Source: Eledone cirrhosa (Eukaryota). Taken from it: DNA of 64,000 nt. Positions 27,978-40,059 of this stretch are shown here, piece by piece. The stretch is from positions 388,740,001 to 388,804,000 of the forward strand of contig OZ024740.1 in the NCBI GenBank assembly GCA_964016885.1, read 5' to 3'. Each line of letters starts with the position of its first letter. Positions within the stretch are counted from its first letter, which is position 1. The notes under the pieces were generated by a model. The model had not been told where the DNA came from and ran no database searches. It saw only the letters and a program-made list of their open reading frames with translations. The position numbers and the translations under genes are program-made.

Positions 27978-28113
27978 CAGAAGGGATATTCAATTTGTTG
28001 GTAATTCAACAAATATAAATGTTTATAACTGATTCAGAGCACTCGACAGTATTTCTGGAGTATAATATTCAATGATATTAGATAAATGGAAACTATATTT
28101 ATAAAACCATATT

Positions 28114-28174
28114 TATTCTATTATATATATTTCAAGGGTACCAAAATATTGGTACGCTTTCATCAGATAAAATA
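28114..28174 (-). ncRNA. Minimal type I hammerhead ribozyme, family B
   Basis: Reverse complement: TATTTTAT-CTGATGA-AAGCGTACCAA..TTGGTACCCTT-GAAA-TATATATA-ATAGAATA. Confidence 0.75.
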
Positions 28175-28299
28175 CGAAGTGTGTTTTATAAATGTTGACA
28201 TAACCAAGGAAAATACCCTAAAGTTCAGGTTTACCTTGGAAAACTTGAACCGTTGAGGTATTTTCCTTGGTTATGTCAAAATTTGTAAAACACACTTCG

Positions 28300-28360
28300 T
28301 ATTTTAACTGATGAAAGCGAAACAATGTTTTGGTACTCTTGAAATATATATAATAGAATA
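28300..28360 (+). ncRNA. Hammerhead family B, decayed copy in the opposite fold-back arm
   Basis: CTGATGA at 28308 and GAAA at 28341; arms about 28065-28218 and 28257-28405. Confidence 0.6.
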
Positions 28361-28427
28361 AATATGGTTTTATAAATATAGTTTCCATTTATTTAATATC
28401 ATTGTATATACATATATATATATATAT

Positions 28428-28633
28428 AACAAAGGAAGTGTGGTAAGGAACAAGATGGACCATAACGCACCAGCGTACTCAATACTTAGGGTAGTAGAGT
28501 GAGAAATAGGAAAAAGTATGACCCCGACGCCAGAGCTCAAGCCGTTTCGACGTCCAGAAATAGCCGTCCATAAATACCAGTCCATAAATAGACGACGAAA
28601 CGGCTTGAGCTCTGCCGTCGGGGTCATAGTTTT

Positions 28634-28636
<3 letters not shown>
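28428..28636. mobile_element. Family A pLTR fold-back
   Basis: Palindrome TATGACCCCGACG...CGTCGGGGTCATA; flanked by (TA)n. Confidence 0.75.
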
Positions 28637-28692
<56 letters not shown>

Positions 28693-28840
28693 ATATTGAA
28701 AAATTAACACACTAGAGAGATACAGTGCGCTATCAATAAGACAGGGAAAAACCACCAGGGCAGCCCAAAACTCAGAGAAGTGTGCTCAACCAAACAGAGA
28801 GAGAGAAAAGACTGTCATAAGGAGCGAAATATCACGATGC

Positions 28841-29599
28841 ATTAACGGAGCCATAGACTCTCGTCATTCCCTGTAAATAATTTGCTCAAAGGAGAGGAAA
28901 TCCTGAGCTCTTTAAAATACAATATGTTGAAAAGGTAACAGACTAGAGAGAAATACAGTGCGCTATCAATAAAGCAGGGAAAAACCACCAGTGTATGGAA
29001 TATATAACCTCTGAAAGGCAGAGTATACACACGATAATGAATAATATAAATTAAAGCGTAAATAAATACCTCTATAACTATATAACACACGTACAAATCC
29101 AAAGTGATCTGTTTCGCCAGTAAGTTGTTGACAGAAATGAAATAACCCCGGTTCATCAGCGTGTGTAAGGCTATACATTTCAGACAACACTAAGAGAATG
29201 TTTAAAGCGACCGTCCAGCTACACGTGGGAGAGATAATTCACAGCGTGTTTAACGGCAGTGGCCTCTGTGGGACGAGCTACTAGAAAGGGCAGCCCAAAA
29301 CCACTCAGAGTTACTGGCGAAACAGATCACTTTGGATTTGAACGTGTGTTATATAGTTATAGAGGTATTTATTTACGCTTTAATTTATATTTTTAATTAT
29401 CGTGTGTATACTCTGCCTTTCATAGGTTATAGATTCCATACATTGGTGGTTTTTCCCTGTTTTATTGATAACGCACTGTATCTCTCTCTAGTGTGTTACC
29501 TTTTCAACATATTGTATTTTAAAGAGCTCAGGATTTCCTCTCCTTTGAACACATTATTTACAGGGAATGACGAGAGTCTATGGCTCCGTTAATATATCG

Positions 29600-29600
<1 letters not shown>
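28841..29600. mobile_element. PLE-type inverted pLTR cassette, family E, with about 285-bp arms
   Basis: 28841-29123 is the reverse complement of 29311-29592; followed by (TA)n. Confidence 0.8.
29085..29166 (-). ncRNA. Canonical type I hammerhead ribozyme (GUA site)
   Basis: Reverse complement: ACACACG-CTGATGA-A-CCGG..CTGG-C-GAAACAGATC..GATTTGTA-CGTGTGT, with 7-bp stem I and 7-bp stem III. Confidence 0.85.
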
Positions 29601-29652
<52 letters not shown>

Positions 29653-29867
29653 TATGTATGTATACGTACATACGTATATGTCTACAGACGTACAGTAGTA
29701 TGTATATATATACATATATAAGCCGTACAATTCATTTTTTTCATTTACCGTTTTCTGTGCGCCTGGCCGACTAAACTCACTCGAAATGCAAATTAGGCTG
29801 CTCAGCCGTTAGTGTGCATAAGGAGGGTATATACTTTCAGACGTTCAATCATCTGGCAGGAAGGTAT

Positions 29868-29910
29868 ACGATGCTGACGATAGCTAATAAGCTTGAAACT
29901 AGTACATCGT
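29868..29910 (+). ncRNA. Minimal type I hammerhead with palindromic stem III
   Basis: ACGATG-CTGACGA-T-AGCT-AATA-AGCT-T-GAA-ACTAGT-A-CATCGT. Confidence 0.85.
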
Positions 29911-30310
29911 TCCTTTGTCAGTGTTGAACAAAAGGGAAACGATGGTTGCTGAACACTGTACGGCTTAATTCGGGCTGTTTGTTTGCAAACAAACCGAACA
30001 TTATAAAAAATGTTCGATAAACCGATACGTTCGTATATATATATGTGTATATGTGTACATGTATGTATATATATACATACTACTGTACGTCTGTATACAT
30101 ATATGTATGTACGTATACATACATACTTACATTTAAGTAACTGCCGTACTAGGAGTGAGAAATGAAATTTCGTTTCATTTTTTCCATTTATCGTTTTCGG
30201 TGCGCCTGGCCGACTAAACTCACTCGAAATGCAAATTAGGCTGCTGAGCCGTTAGTGTGCATAAGGAGGGTATATACTTTCAGACGTTCAATCATCTGGC
30301 AGGAAGGTAT

Positions 30311-30353
30311 ACGACGCTGACGATAACTAATAAGCTTGAAACTAGTACATCGT
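30311..30353 (+). ncRNA. Second family C hammerhead, with one mismatch each in stems I and II
   Basis: ACGACG-CTGACGA-TAACTAATAAGCTT-GAAACTAGTA-CATCGT. Confidence 0.75.
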
Positions 30354-30612
30354 TCCTTTGTCAGTGTTGAACAAAAGGGCAACGATGGTTGCTGAACAAT
30401 GTACGGCTTAATTCGGGCTGTTTGATTGCAAACAAACCGAATATTATAAAAAATGTTCTGTAAACCGATACGTACACATATATATGTGTACATGTATGTA
30501 TATATATACATACTACTGTACGTCTGTATACATACATACTGACATTTAAGTTACTGCCGTCCTAGGAGTGAGAAATGAAATTTCGTTTCATTTTTTCCAT
30601 ATATATATATAT

Positions 30613-31127
30613 AAATGGCTTGTACAGGACTAGAACTGTTTCATTCGGAGGAAATCATCAGGAAAGCCAATTGTCAATGTAATATGGTGGTATTCATACA
30701 TTTTCTGGTGGTAGGGTAGGCTGGTGATTAGGAAGGGTGGGGGACATCTGTTTGCTTGGAATAAATGGACCTTGAAAATTAGGAATGCCTGTGAGTGTGT
30801 ATGTGTTCGTCTATAGATACTTAGCGGGAATTTACTTTTGCCTTTGTATCACTATGTATATTTCTCTAAATACAGTTTTTTTTAAAGAATCCCCATTCTT
30901 CAAATGCATCAGCCAATGACCTTCATCCATTCCAATCACCACCCTCTACTACCACCAGAAAATGTATAAATACCACCATATTACATTGACAGTCCGGTTT
31001 CCTGATGAATTCATCCGAATGAAACAGACCTAGTCCTGAAGAAGCCATTTCTATATTAAATAGTTATACTCTGCTATGCATTGAGTACCTTACTTGCTGT
31101 GGTTACCCCCGATTGAACCTGGGATAA

Positions 31128-31130
<3 letters not shown>
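30613..31130. mobile_element. Inverted pLTR cassette, family D, with hammerheads at 30617-30668 (-) and 30996-31046 (+)
   Basis: Consensus GGTTTC-CTGATGA-ATTC/GAAT-GAAACAG..CTGTA-GAAGCC. Each copy carries substitutions; a third fragment lies at 55907-55950. Confidence 0.75.
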
Positions 31131-31181
<51 letters not shown>

Positions 31182-31758
31182 TGCGTATGGTATATTAAAT
31201 TTGAAGTTTGAAAGCCACAATATATATTTCACATACTATGCTCAAACTTCAAAATAATATCTGCTCATTGTATTTATTTCAAGTGATGAATTAATAAGTA
31301 AGAGATGAAAAAGTACCAGAGAAGAAGGGGCAAGGGGATTCGTGTATTTATATCGTATGTTATACTATTTCCTAATGCAATGTTTAATCTTTATACTGTC
31401 AAATTTATTCAACGCACATTTATGATTGCAATGAATAAAGTTGGATTTAATTGGACCTAAAATCATTACCGGTAAATGGTGAGAAATATTTCTGCCTACA
31501 ACAAATAGCATCGTACAATGATTATTTAGAAGGAGAACTTATATTGTATTTTTTCAAGTTTCATATTTGTAATGATTATGTCATAATAATTCTTTTACAT
31601 AAAATCATTCAAAACAATGGGACACAAATACATTAGAATCAGTCAAATTTTCTTGTTTATTGTGATATCATTTTGCAATAAAAAATAAAGCAGCTCAGTG
31701 CATCTAAAATATTGATATCGGTTGTATAATGTGTAATACTTCTTAAGTACATTCATTT

Positions 31759-31948
31759 AGTTGCGACGTCACTGGTGCCAAGCTGTATCGGTCATTGCCT
31801 TTCCCTTGGACAACATCGGTGGCGTAGAGAGGGGAGGCTGGTATGCATGGGCGACTACTGGTCTTCCACCAAAAAACCTTGCCAAGCCTCGGAGGGAAAC
31901 TTTCTCGGAGGGTGCAAAACCATGGTCATTCGTGACCGAGTGGGGCCA
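31759..31948 (+). mobile_element. Probable 3' body of SINE family 2
   Basis: GC-rich island beginning AGTTGCGACGTCACTGGTGCCAAGCTG. Recalled as a cephalopod SINE body; the link to the head at 60923 is inferred. Confidence 0.5.
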
Positions 31949-34350
31949 AAGTAAAGCAAACATTCTTTGTAAGAGTTTAAATTGGTTAAAACTATACCGT
32001 CTAATATTGTTCTGATATATTGCGTCACTAAACTGTTTCTGCACAAATATAGACATTTTCATGATATAAAATGTGTAAATTCCGGACACCACATGCTAGT
32101 ATCCGTACGTTTAGGTCCAATAAGGTGATGCTTAATATCTTTATTTGTAATATGAGGGACCTACACCACTATTTAACAATCTTTATTACTATGTTGTTGT
32201 TTTTATTTAAGTTCCAAAGTTTGTACGAAAACCATTGTTTTCTTCTTTTAGTGCAGTTGTTATTGTTAATTATGTTTGTTATTGTTAATATTGTTAATTA
32301 TGCAATGGCGAAATGATTAACAACCACCAGATGGGGTTAGTTGCTACCCCTTGGACCTTACGTGACCAGTCTGGGTGTTGAAAAGAAAGAAAAATAATTT
32401 TGTCTTCGAAGATCATTTAAAATAACGATTTCCTATCATAAAAGCTGAAAGCGTGACTGGTGACTCCCGGCAGATGCACTGTCACAGAATTATAAGGTAG
32501 AACTAGGAGAGAAGCTAATGAAAGTTACATGGATAAGGGAACATTAGAGGATGTAATGAAATGATACTTCATGAACAAACCAAATCAGACAGGGTCAAAG
32601 AATGCTGAGAATAATGAACGAAATTAGTGTGTTTCAAATCCAATAACAAAACAGAAACTTCAGAATGCTTTATAAAGCGTGATTGCTACTTGTGTCCAAC
32701 CTAGAATTATAGGAATTTAGTTGATTGATAAAAGATCAGTATGGGACATCAATGAATAGAAATAGGGTTAACCCTTTGATTTAACGGATATGAATTGGGT
32801 AGAGAGGAAATAGTATCATGAATGAGACAGGATTTCGGCGTAGCGATAAAATCAAGCTAACAATATATTAGACAAAATAAAATAAAACAGTACTACATAG
32901 AAACGTGGTAAACTTAGAGCATTTCTAGAAATACGGTAAAGGATATTTCAGTCAATAACTAAATGATACTTCTACTTCAAATATTACTTCAATTTTATAT
33001 TTTAAAAAATACATAAAATTATGGTTTATTTGTTGAACATTTTATATATTGTCAAAAACAATTTTCTCTTCAGATCCTGTTAACATTTTCAAGAGCATTT
33101 TTCAAAAGGTTTATACAAAAAAGAAATTATTTAACTCGATTATGATACATTTAGAGAAGAAAATTAATAATGTACATTCAAATTGAAATAATCATTGATT
33201 CATTTCTCCATCTTTACTTTGGCAAACATTTTAGAAATTTTGATATTAGTATTGCTTTCCATTTTACACCAGACATCTAAATTACAATATGGATTTATAA
33301 AACCGGAATCTATAAATCATGCTGGATTTATTCTGAAGGAAACAGCTCCATATTCTCCATATTCTCCAATCAGAATATTTATTTTGCTTCCTTGGTTGTG
33401 GAAAAGGCTTCTGACAAAATGTGTTGAGATGGAATGGTTTACAAACTGGGTGTTTTAGATTTTTACAGTAGAAAACATTACATGATTAATACATTCAGTC
33501 TATGTTTCATATTTCATATACATCGGTAGTCATGTGGTGTCACATAAGTGATGTTCTCAGCTCCTTCTTTTTTCATGTGCATATATGAATGATGTTTTAT
33601 CACTGTTAAAAAAAAGTCCTTTAGGTACTTCAAATAATAATATTTCTGTAAGTACTGTTTCTTATGCCGAGGATATCTTATTAATCGGGAGTTCACCATA
33701 TTGATTCTAAAATATATTAAATATAAGGAATCCAAATTAAATCCAACTAAAACCGCTATTATATGATTTCGAAGAGACCCCATTTTTTGTGATCAGTCTG
33801 AATGAGATAGCATGATCAACATACAATGTGAATTGTTGTTGTTTTTATGCAATAGTAAGGATAAATTCCATTTACAATTTCATATTACACTCAAATTGAT
33901 TCAAATGGAGCAGAAAATTGAATTTGTTTCATTCGCAAGTTATTCATTATTATCATCCTTCGTCCATTGGATATACTTTTAAAACTAAATTATTATATGG
34001 AATTGATTTTGTCAATTATAATACAACTTTAATATTATTGATTAGCTTAAAATAAGGGAAAATGTTTCAATTCCTATTTCGTTTTCCCAAACATTGCTCC
34101 AAATAACTATTAAAATCATTTCCTTTGAAGATATTTGAAAACTACATCTGGAAGCAACAGTAAAATTATTATATTCAAATAGTTATACAGGCATTTACTA
34201 TACATCAATTCTCGAATGGCTAAAGCAATTAAATATATATTCGTGAAAATGTATCAATTTAAAACATGAACGTATTTCAAATCTTTTTATAGAGATATTC
34301 CAAACATTCTTTTAAATTAAATGGTATTATTGAATCCGTAAATCATTTAA

Positions 34351-34525
34351 TTGTTTCTACTTTAGGCACAAGGCCAGTGCATTACTGGTACTTTATTTTA
34401 TCGACCCCGTAAGGATGAAAGGCAAAGTCAACCTCGGCGGGATTTGAACTCAGATCGTAAAGGAACGTAACTATGCTGGAAAGCATGGCGTCCGACCCTC
34501 TACTGATACTGCCAATCCACCGCCC
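34351..34525 (-). mobile_element. tRNA-derived SINE family 1
   Basis: A and B boxes; TSD-like TAAATCATT on both sides. Confidence 0.95.
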
Positions 34526-35261
34526 TAAATCATTAAATCATTTAATAAAAGATGGGAGTCATCCAGTTAACAAATTATTTTACATTATCATTATTTGCAT
34601 AGTAAAATACAACCATTACTAGATCGATTAGGGTTATATTTCCTTCTTTTTTTTAGATTTAGTTTTTGTATAATATGGAAGCGGGAATGGCGGAAAGGTT
34701 GAATAGCTTGGGGCCTGGTATGGTCCAGATCTCCAAGTTGAAAAGAATTGGGACAAGATGTGTATCACGACTGCCAGTCTAACTCAGAAATCTTCCGTAT
34801 CTCAGTACATCACTTAGCGTGTTTGCTTTATAAATTTCCTCTCGTTCTTTGTTACTTTTTCTCTATAGTTTATATGTCATTTTTGTATTTTCATATTTTG
34901 GATATAATACTTCTATGTAGTATACATGCAATATTTCAATATGGTCTTCGTTGTCTCAGCATAGATAGTGATCTTTAGGGACCGGGCTTTTATAATTACA
35001 ATGAACCTGTTTACAGGGCACCGTTTTGAAACATATTTTTATGGTCTCACGGTATAGTGATTGATTGCAAGAAGTTCACGTTCAGAGGTTTATCAATCTT
35101 TCTGTTGCTGGTTGTCTTGTCACTGGGCATAGATAATATGTTTTTGTATACTGTAATGGTAATTTTAAGAATCTATCGATTTGTTATGTTTGTATTGAAG
35201 AGGTCATTCTGTTCTGATTAGTTTGTCTTACATGCTAATGTAAGTAAAAATCCAAGCACTG

Positions 35262-36232
35262 AAGGGATTGAGTATAGAAGAGCCTATGACAGTGTACCAC
35301 ATGAATAAATATTGAAAGCTCTAGAAATTTACAAAATATCTCCCGAGATATCTAACTTTTTACGAATCGGCATAACAAAATGGAGTACGACCCTCTTTTT
35401 AAACCATTACAAATGAGTCAGATAAAAGTCAGATAAAATTAAACTTAATTGCGGAATATTCCAAGGTAACTCCCTTTCCCCTCTTCGCTTTTACCTAATA
35501 AAAAATGGATGCAACCCATTATGCCGTATATGTAAAAAGCAATCAGAGACCATTGATCATATAATTTCAATGTGCAGTCCTATAGCCCCAACCGAATACC
35601 TAAACAGGCACGACAGAGCTGCACAATACATACATTGGATAATGTGTAAGCATTTTGACCTGCCCCATCAAAAGAATTGGTGGGAGCATCAACCACCTCC
35701 CGTACTTGAAAAAGATCACATCTCAATCTTGTGGAACTTTAGCATCCAAACAGACCGAAAAATAGATGCAAATAGACCTGATATAATACTGAAGGACTTT
35801 AAAAAGAGGGTATGCCTGCTAATTGATATGTCCGTTCCATTAGACAAGAATGTATCTATAAAAACATTTGAAAAATTGAGCAAGTATAAGGACCTGGAGA
35901 TAGAAATTGGAAAATGTGGAGGTTGAGAACTAAAACAATACCAGTGGTTGTAGGCGCTCTGGGAATGATACCTAAGGGGTCTAATGATTACTTATCGCAA
36001 ATCCCAGGAAACCCGCGTATAGGAGAAATACAAAAGATAATACTAATGGGAACTGCCCATATACTAAGGATGATTCTGTCAATTTAAGTATATCACAAGT
36101 CTAAAAACACCTAAAGATGCATGTGTGTGTATGTATGTTCTTTCTTGAACATGGCGGACCTTGTTGTCCCTTGAGGTCACTGGTTGTGACCTGGTGATAA
36201 CTCGTATGAACATAAAGCAAGATAAATGCAAC
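35262..36232 (+). mobile_element. R4/Dong-like RLE LINE family 2, internally deleted, ending in (TAA)n
   Basis: AYDSVPH and GIFQGNSLSPL are joined almost directly to CRIC..ETIDHIISMC, RHD, NRPDII, IDMSVP, KYKDL. Confidence 0.9.
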
Positions 36233-36233
36233 T

Positions 36234-36272
<39 letters not shown>

Positions 36273-36295
36273 TTTTCTTTATTAACCACAAGGGT

Positions 36296-39200
36296 TTACA
36301 TAAAGTAGACATTAAGGACAGTACAGGACAATACATGACGGTACAAATGGGCATTTCTGCGTGTAAAAAACAGAGGATGTAATAAAATAACAAAGAAAAA
36401 TTCCCCAAAAGGGGGGAGACTTCCGAGGGACATTTGTGGAGAAAGCCCATTAAAAGACCACAGTGACCCTAACCACCAGGAAGGCCCATTCAGAGAAGGC
36501 CCATTCATTCGGGCCATACTTGCCTCTCTCACCCATCTTTCAACAAAATGCTGGGAAGAGAGCACTTCCCTCTCTACCCTGATTTTCCTTTTCAAATGAA
36601 ATTTGAAAAAGTTAATCAGGGCATCACCGAAGAGATAAGTGCTCGTCTTCAGCCCTTTCAAACGTGTCCACCATACTATCTCTTTCGCCATGGCCACCAG
36701 ACAGATAAAAACTGCCTGCCCTTCCCGGCTAAAGGAAGAGGGCGGGGCAATCCTTACGATGGACTCAGCTGATAGCTGGATCCGTCCTACACGTGACAGC
36801 AGGTGTTCGACATAAACCCACAAGTCAGCAATGCTCGGACACTGGACGAGTGCGTGCAGGACGGTTTCGTCGCCCTGTGCGCATCTCGGACATGCCCGGC
36901 TGACGGCACCTCCATGCCTGTAGAGTTTATCCCGAACTGGCAAAGCACCCCGGTAGCACTGCCAGGCCAGGGATTTCTGGAAGTTGTCCATAGGCCCCGG
37001 CCCGAAAGTCCTTCCGAAAAGATTGGCTAGTTGATTTTCGTCGACGCCTAGAGTTTCTCCAAGTACGTCGTCGCTCTTACCCTCCACTAATCCCCTATAG
37101 AACGCCAAGGTGGAGTTTCCACCGATCACATTGCCCGATTGGTCGAGGGCTGTGAGCGCCTGAAGACATTCCAGTCTCCAAGCGCTCCCTCTCGGTCTTC
37201 GCTTGACCCAGGACTGCAGCTCCGTCAAGGAGACGAGCTGGGGAAAAACGTGTCTAGCAAACGGCGACCACACCTGATCACCATCGAGGAAGAGGTGGAG
37301 ATGTCGTAGCCTGAGTGCGTGTCTGCGCATCATCAGTCACGGCATGCCCAGCCCTCCACGTAGCGGGTGTTGACAGCAGATGGACCGCCTGACCATCGGA
37401 GCGCGTCCCTTCCACAAGAAGCGAAAGAGCAAACGCTCCAGCGCAGTCAGGCGGGGCTTAGGACAAGGTACGACGGTCAGGCGGTAGTAGATAACGGACG
37501 CGATGTACGCGTTAGCCACCTCCACTCGACCTTTCAGGGATAGCTTCCTCTCGGCCCATTTCTGGGTGAGAGAAACCACCCTGCTCGTCACCTCGTCCCA
37601 GTTTTTGTCCGTCTGGAGGTCTGGACCGAACCAGTCCCCTAGCAATTTAACCAGTCCGTCCGTCCAGCGCCCGACGACGCTGTTGGACGGCATGGACCTG
37701 CCTCTCCAGGTGCCAAGCTGCAGGCCCACTGACTTTTCCTGGTTGATCATTGCTCCTGTCACCGCTTCGTATTCTCTTAGTGTAGTGCCGATCGCCTCGA
37801 TGTGTTTGGCGTTCGACACTACTACGGTGACATCGTCGGCATATGCTGACACGGATCTTCCGCATCCTAGTTCGCGCGGGACCCCCCTCAACGTCTCCAG
37901 TTTGTGCAGTAATGGCTCGAGAGTCAATACGTACAATAGGGACGAGAGGGGACATCCTTGGCGGACCGAGCGCATGATGTTGAACGGTTCCGAAAGGTGA
38001 CCGTTCACTCTCACTACAGAGCAGATGTCGCTGTGCATGGCAGCGATCCAGCCTCTGAAGACGGGCCCAAAGCCAGCCGCCCTCAGGACTGCCGCTAGGT
38101 AACGATGGTCGACCCTATCGAAGGCTTTCGACTGATCTAAATTGATCAAAGACCCACCCGTGCCAGGTTCCCTAGCTACCCTCTCTACGATGTATCGCAT
38201 GAGGTGGAGGTTGTCGTGGATGGATCTGTTGGGAATGGCGCATGTCTGTGCCTCTCCCACCAGACCACCAACGACAAGCGCCAACCTCTTTGCTAGCACC
38301 TTGGCCAAAATCTTTAACTCTGTGTTTAGCAGAGTTATGGGCCTAAAATTATCTATGTTATCCCCCTTGTTCGGATCCTTTCTCAGCAGCGCCACCGCTC
38401 CTCGGCTCACAGAGCTGGGAATTCTCCCGTTCTGTTGCCAGTTGCCAAGAGGCCTCCGAACAAGTCTGGCATTTGTACGTAAAGTTCATAGGGCAGACCA
38501 TCTAAACCAGGCGATTTACCCCTTGTGCAGCCAGTCATTGCCTCCCGTACTTCAGCGGTTGTTATCGGCTTTTCGCAACACTCCGCCTCAGTGGCCGAAA
38601 GCCGCGGCAGTCCGTCGAGGTAGACACTAAAGTCCATCCCTCGATCCGGCCCGCCACTGCCCCCGAACAGTTGAGCGAAGTGTCGCTGAAAAGCTTCACA
38701 CATTTGCCCGGAATCGAGTAGCATGCGCCCGTCGTGGTCCACCAAAGACCGGATCGTGGCTTTATTGCCACGACGCGCCTCCGCCACTCGGGTCCATTGA
38801 ACCGCTTTCGTCCCCTCGTGTATGAGAGCACGCACCCTAGCTCTGACAACGCAGCCTTCGTGCTTTGCATTGAAGAATTGGTCAAGGGCCAATTTCGCCG
38901 CAAGTACGTCGGTCGCGATGCCTTTGCTAAGCGCCTCGTCTAATTTTCTAACTAATTCTCCCTCTGCTCTATTTTTCTCTATTGCTAAAGCCTTACTAAA
39001 CCTAATGGACTCTACTCTAATTGCTCTTTTCAGAGCAAACCACCACTTGTTGTTGACGATGGCCCCCGTCAACGCCCGCTTAACTAGTTCGCTAATCCGG
39101 TCTCTGTAGGCCTTGCGCGCAGGTAAGGACGCGTTTAGCTTCCAGTAGCCGGGTACTCGTCTATGAAGCCTATCTAAGTCAAGCACACAGATCACGAATT

Positions 39201-39882
39201 TGTGGTCCGTATAGCTGACTATCTTGAATTGTGGACAGCCTATGCTAGACCTATCTATTTCCCTACAACATACTCTATCTAGATATGATCTGGATGACCC
39301 TATGCGATTTGTCCAAGTCCACATTGGTACATTCGGGAAATCCATTCGGTACCTGTCAGACAGTTAAAAACGCCTGAGCAGGTTGGTGAGACTCTTGCAC
39401 CCTCCTTCCCTATCCACTAATCCCACACAATACCAGCGTGCATCTAAGATCCCGTTCCAGTCGCCTACTAACACTAAAGAGCGGGACGTTCAAAGAAAGG
39501 TCTCCAGACGCCGGAAGAAATCAGGCCGCCCTGCTCCTGTCGGGGCATAGACGGCCACTAACCTGAAAGCTTGCCCTTCTCCGCTGGTCACGTCCAGCAC
39601 CACCAACTTACCTTCTGGGTCCAGGAAGATGGCCAGTATGGCAAGATCCAAACCTCTCCGAAAAAGCACAGCAACTCCTCCCCCCGATCCCGGACGGCTG
39701 GGAGATGCGTACACATCGTAGCCGCCGAATATCGGTGCGAAGGCACGTGCTTCGGAGATTCTGGTCTCGCTGATGGTCACTACATCTATGTTTAGTGACC
39801 TGAGGTTGTTGAGCAGGTGGCCCTACTTCCATGACGACCCCAAGCCACGCGCATTTATGCTGCCTATTCTGAGTGAGGTCAT
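36296..39882 (-). pseudogene. Tx1 ORF2 (APE endonuclease, RT, C-terminal Cys/His finger) with several stops and a frameshift
   Basis: MTSLRIGSINARGL, VYAP, GDWN, YLDR, TDH, PGYWKLN, NFRPITLLN, DQSKAFDRV, RQGCPLS, YADD, CPRC..ETVLHALVQC. Confidence 0.95.
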
Positions 39883-40059
39883 GTTGAAAAGGAGTGGAAA
39901 AGATGGGAAAGACCTCTTACCTTACTTCTCGTAGGGGAAAGACGGTTTTTCCATCCTTTTCACTGCTTGTGGCCTCCTCAGGAAGGATGTCCTTATAAAT
40001 CCTCCTGGAGAGTGCTTGTCGGAAGTCTCCGATGTCTTTGGGGAATTTTTGTTTTAGTG

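Larger units (their letters stand above)
29652..30599 (+). mobile_element. Tandem 443-bp retrozyme/pLTR-like repeat (about 2 units) with an inverted 5' piece, family C
   Basis: 29731-30173 is repeated at about 30174-30599; 29652-29720 is the reverse complement of about 30060-30128; flanked by (TA)n. Confidence 0.8.
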
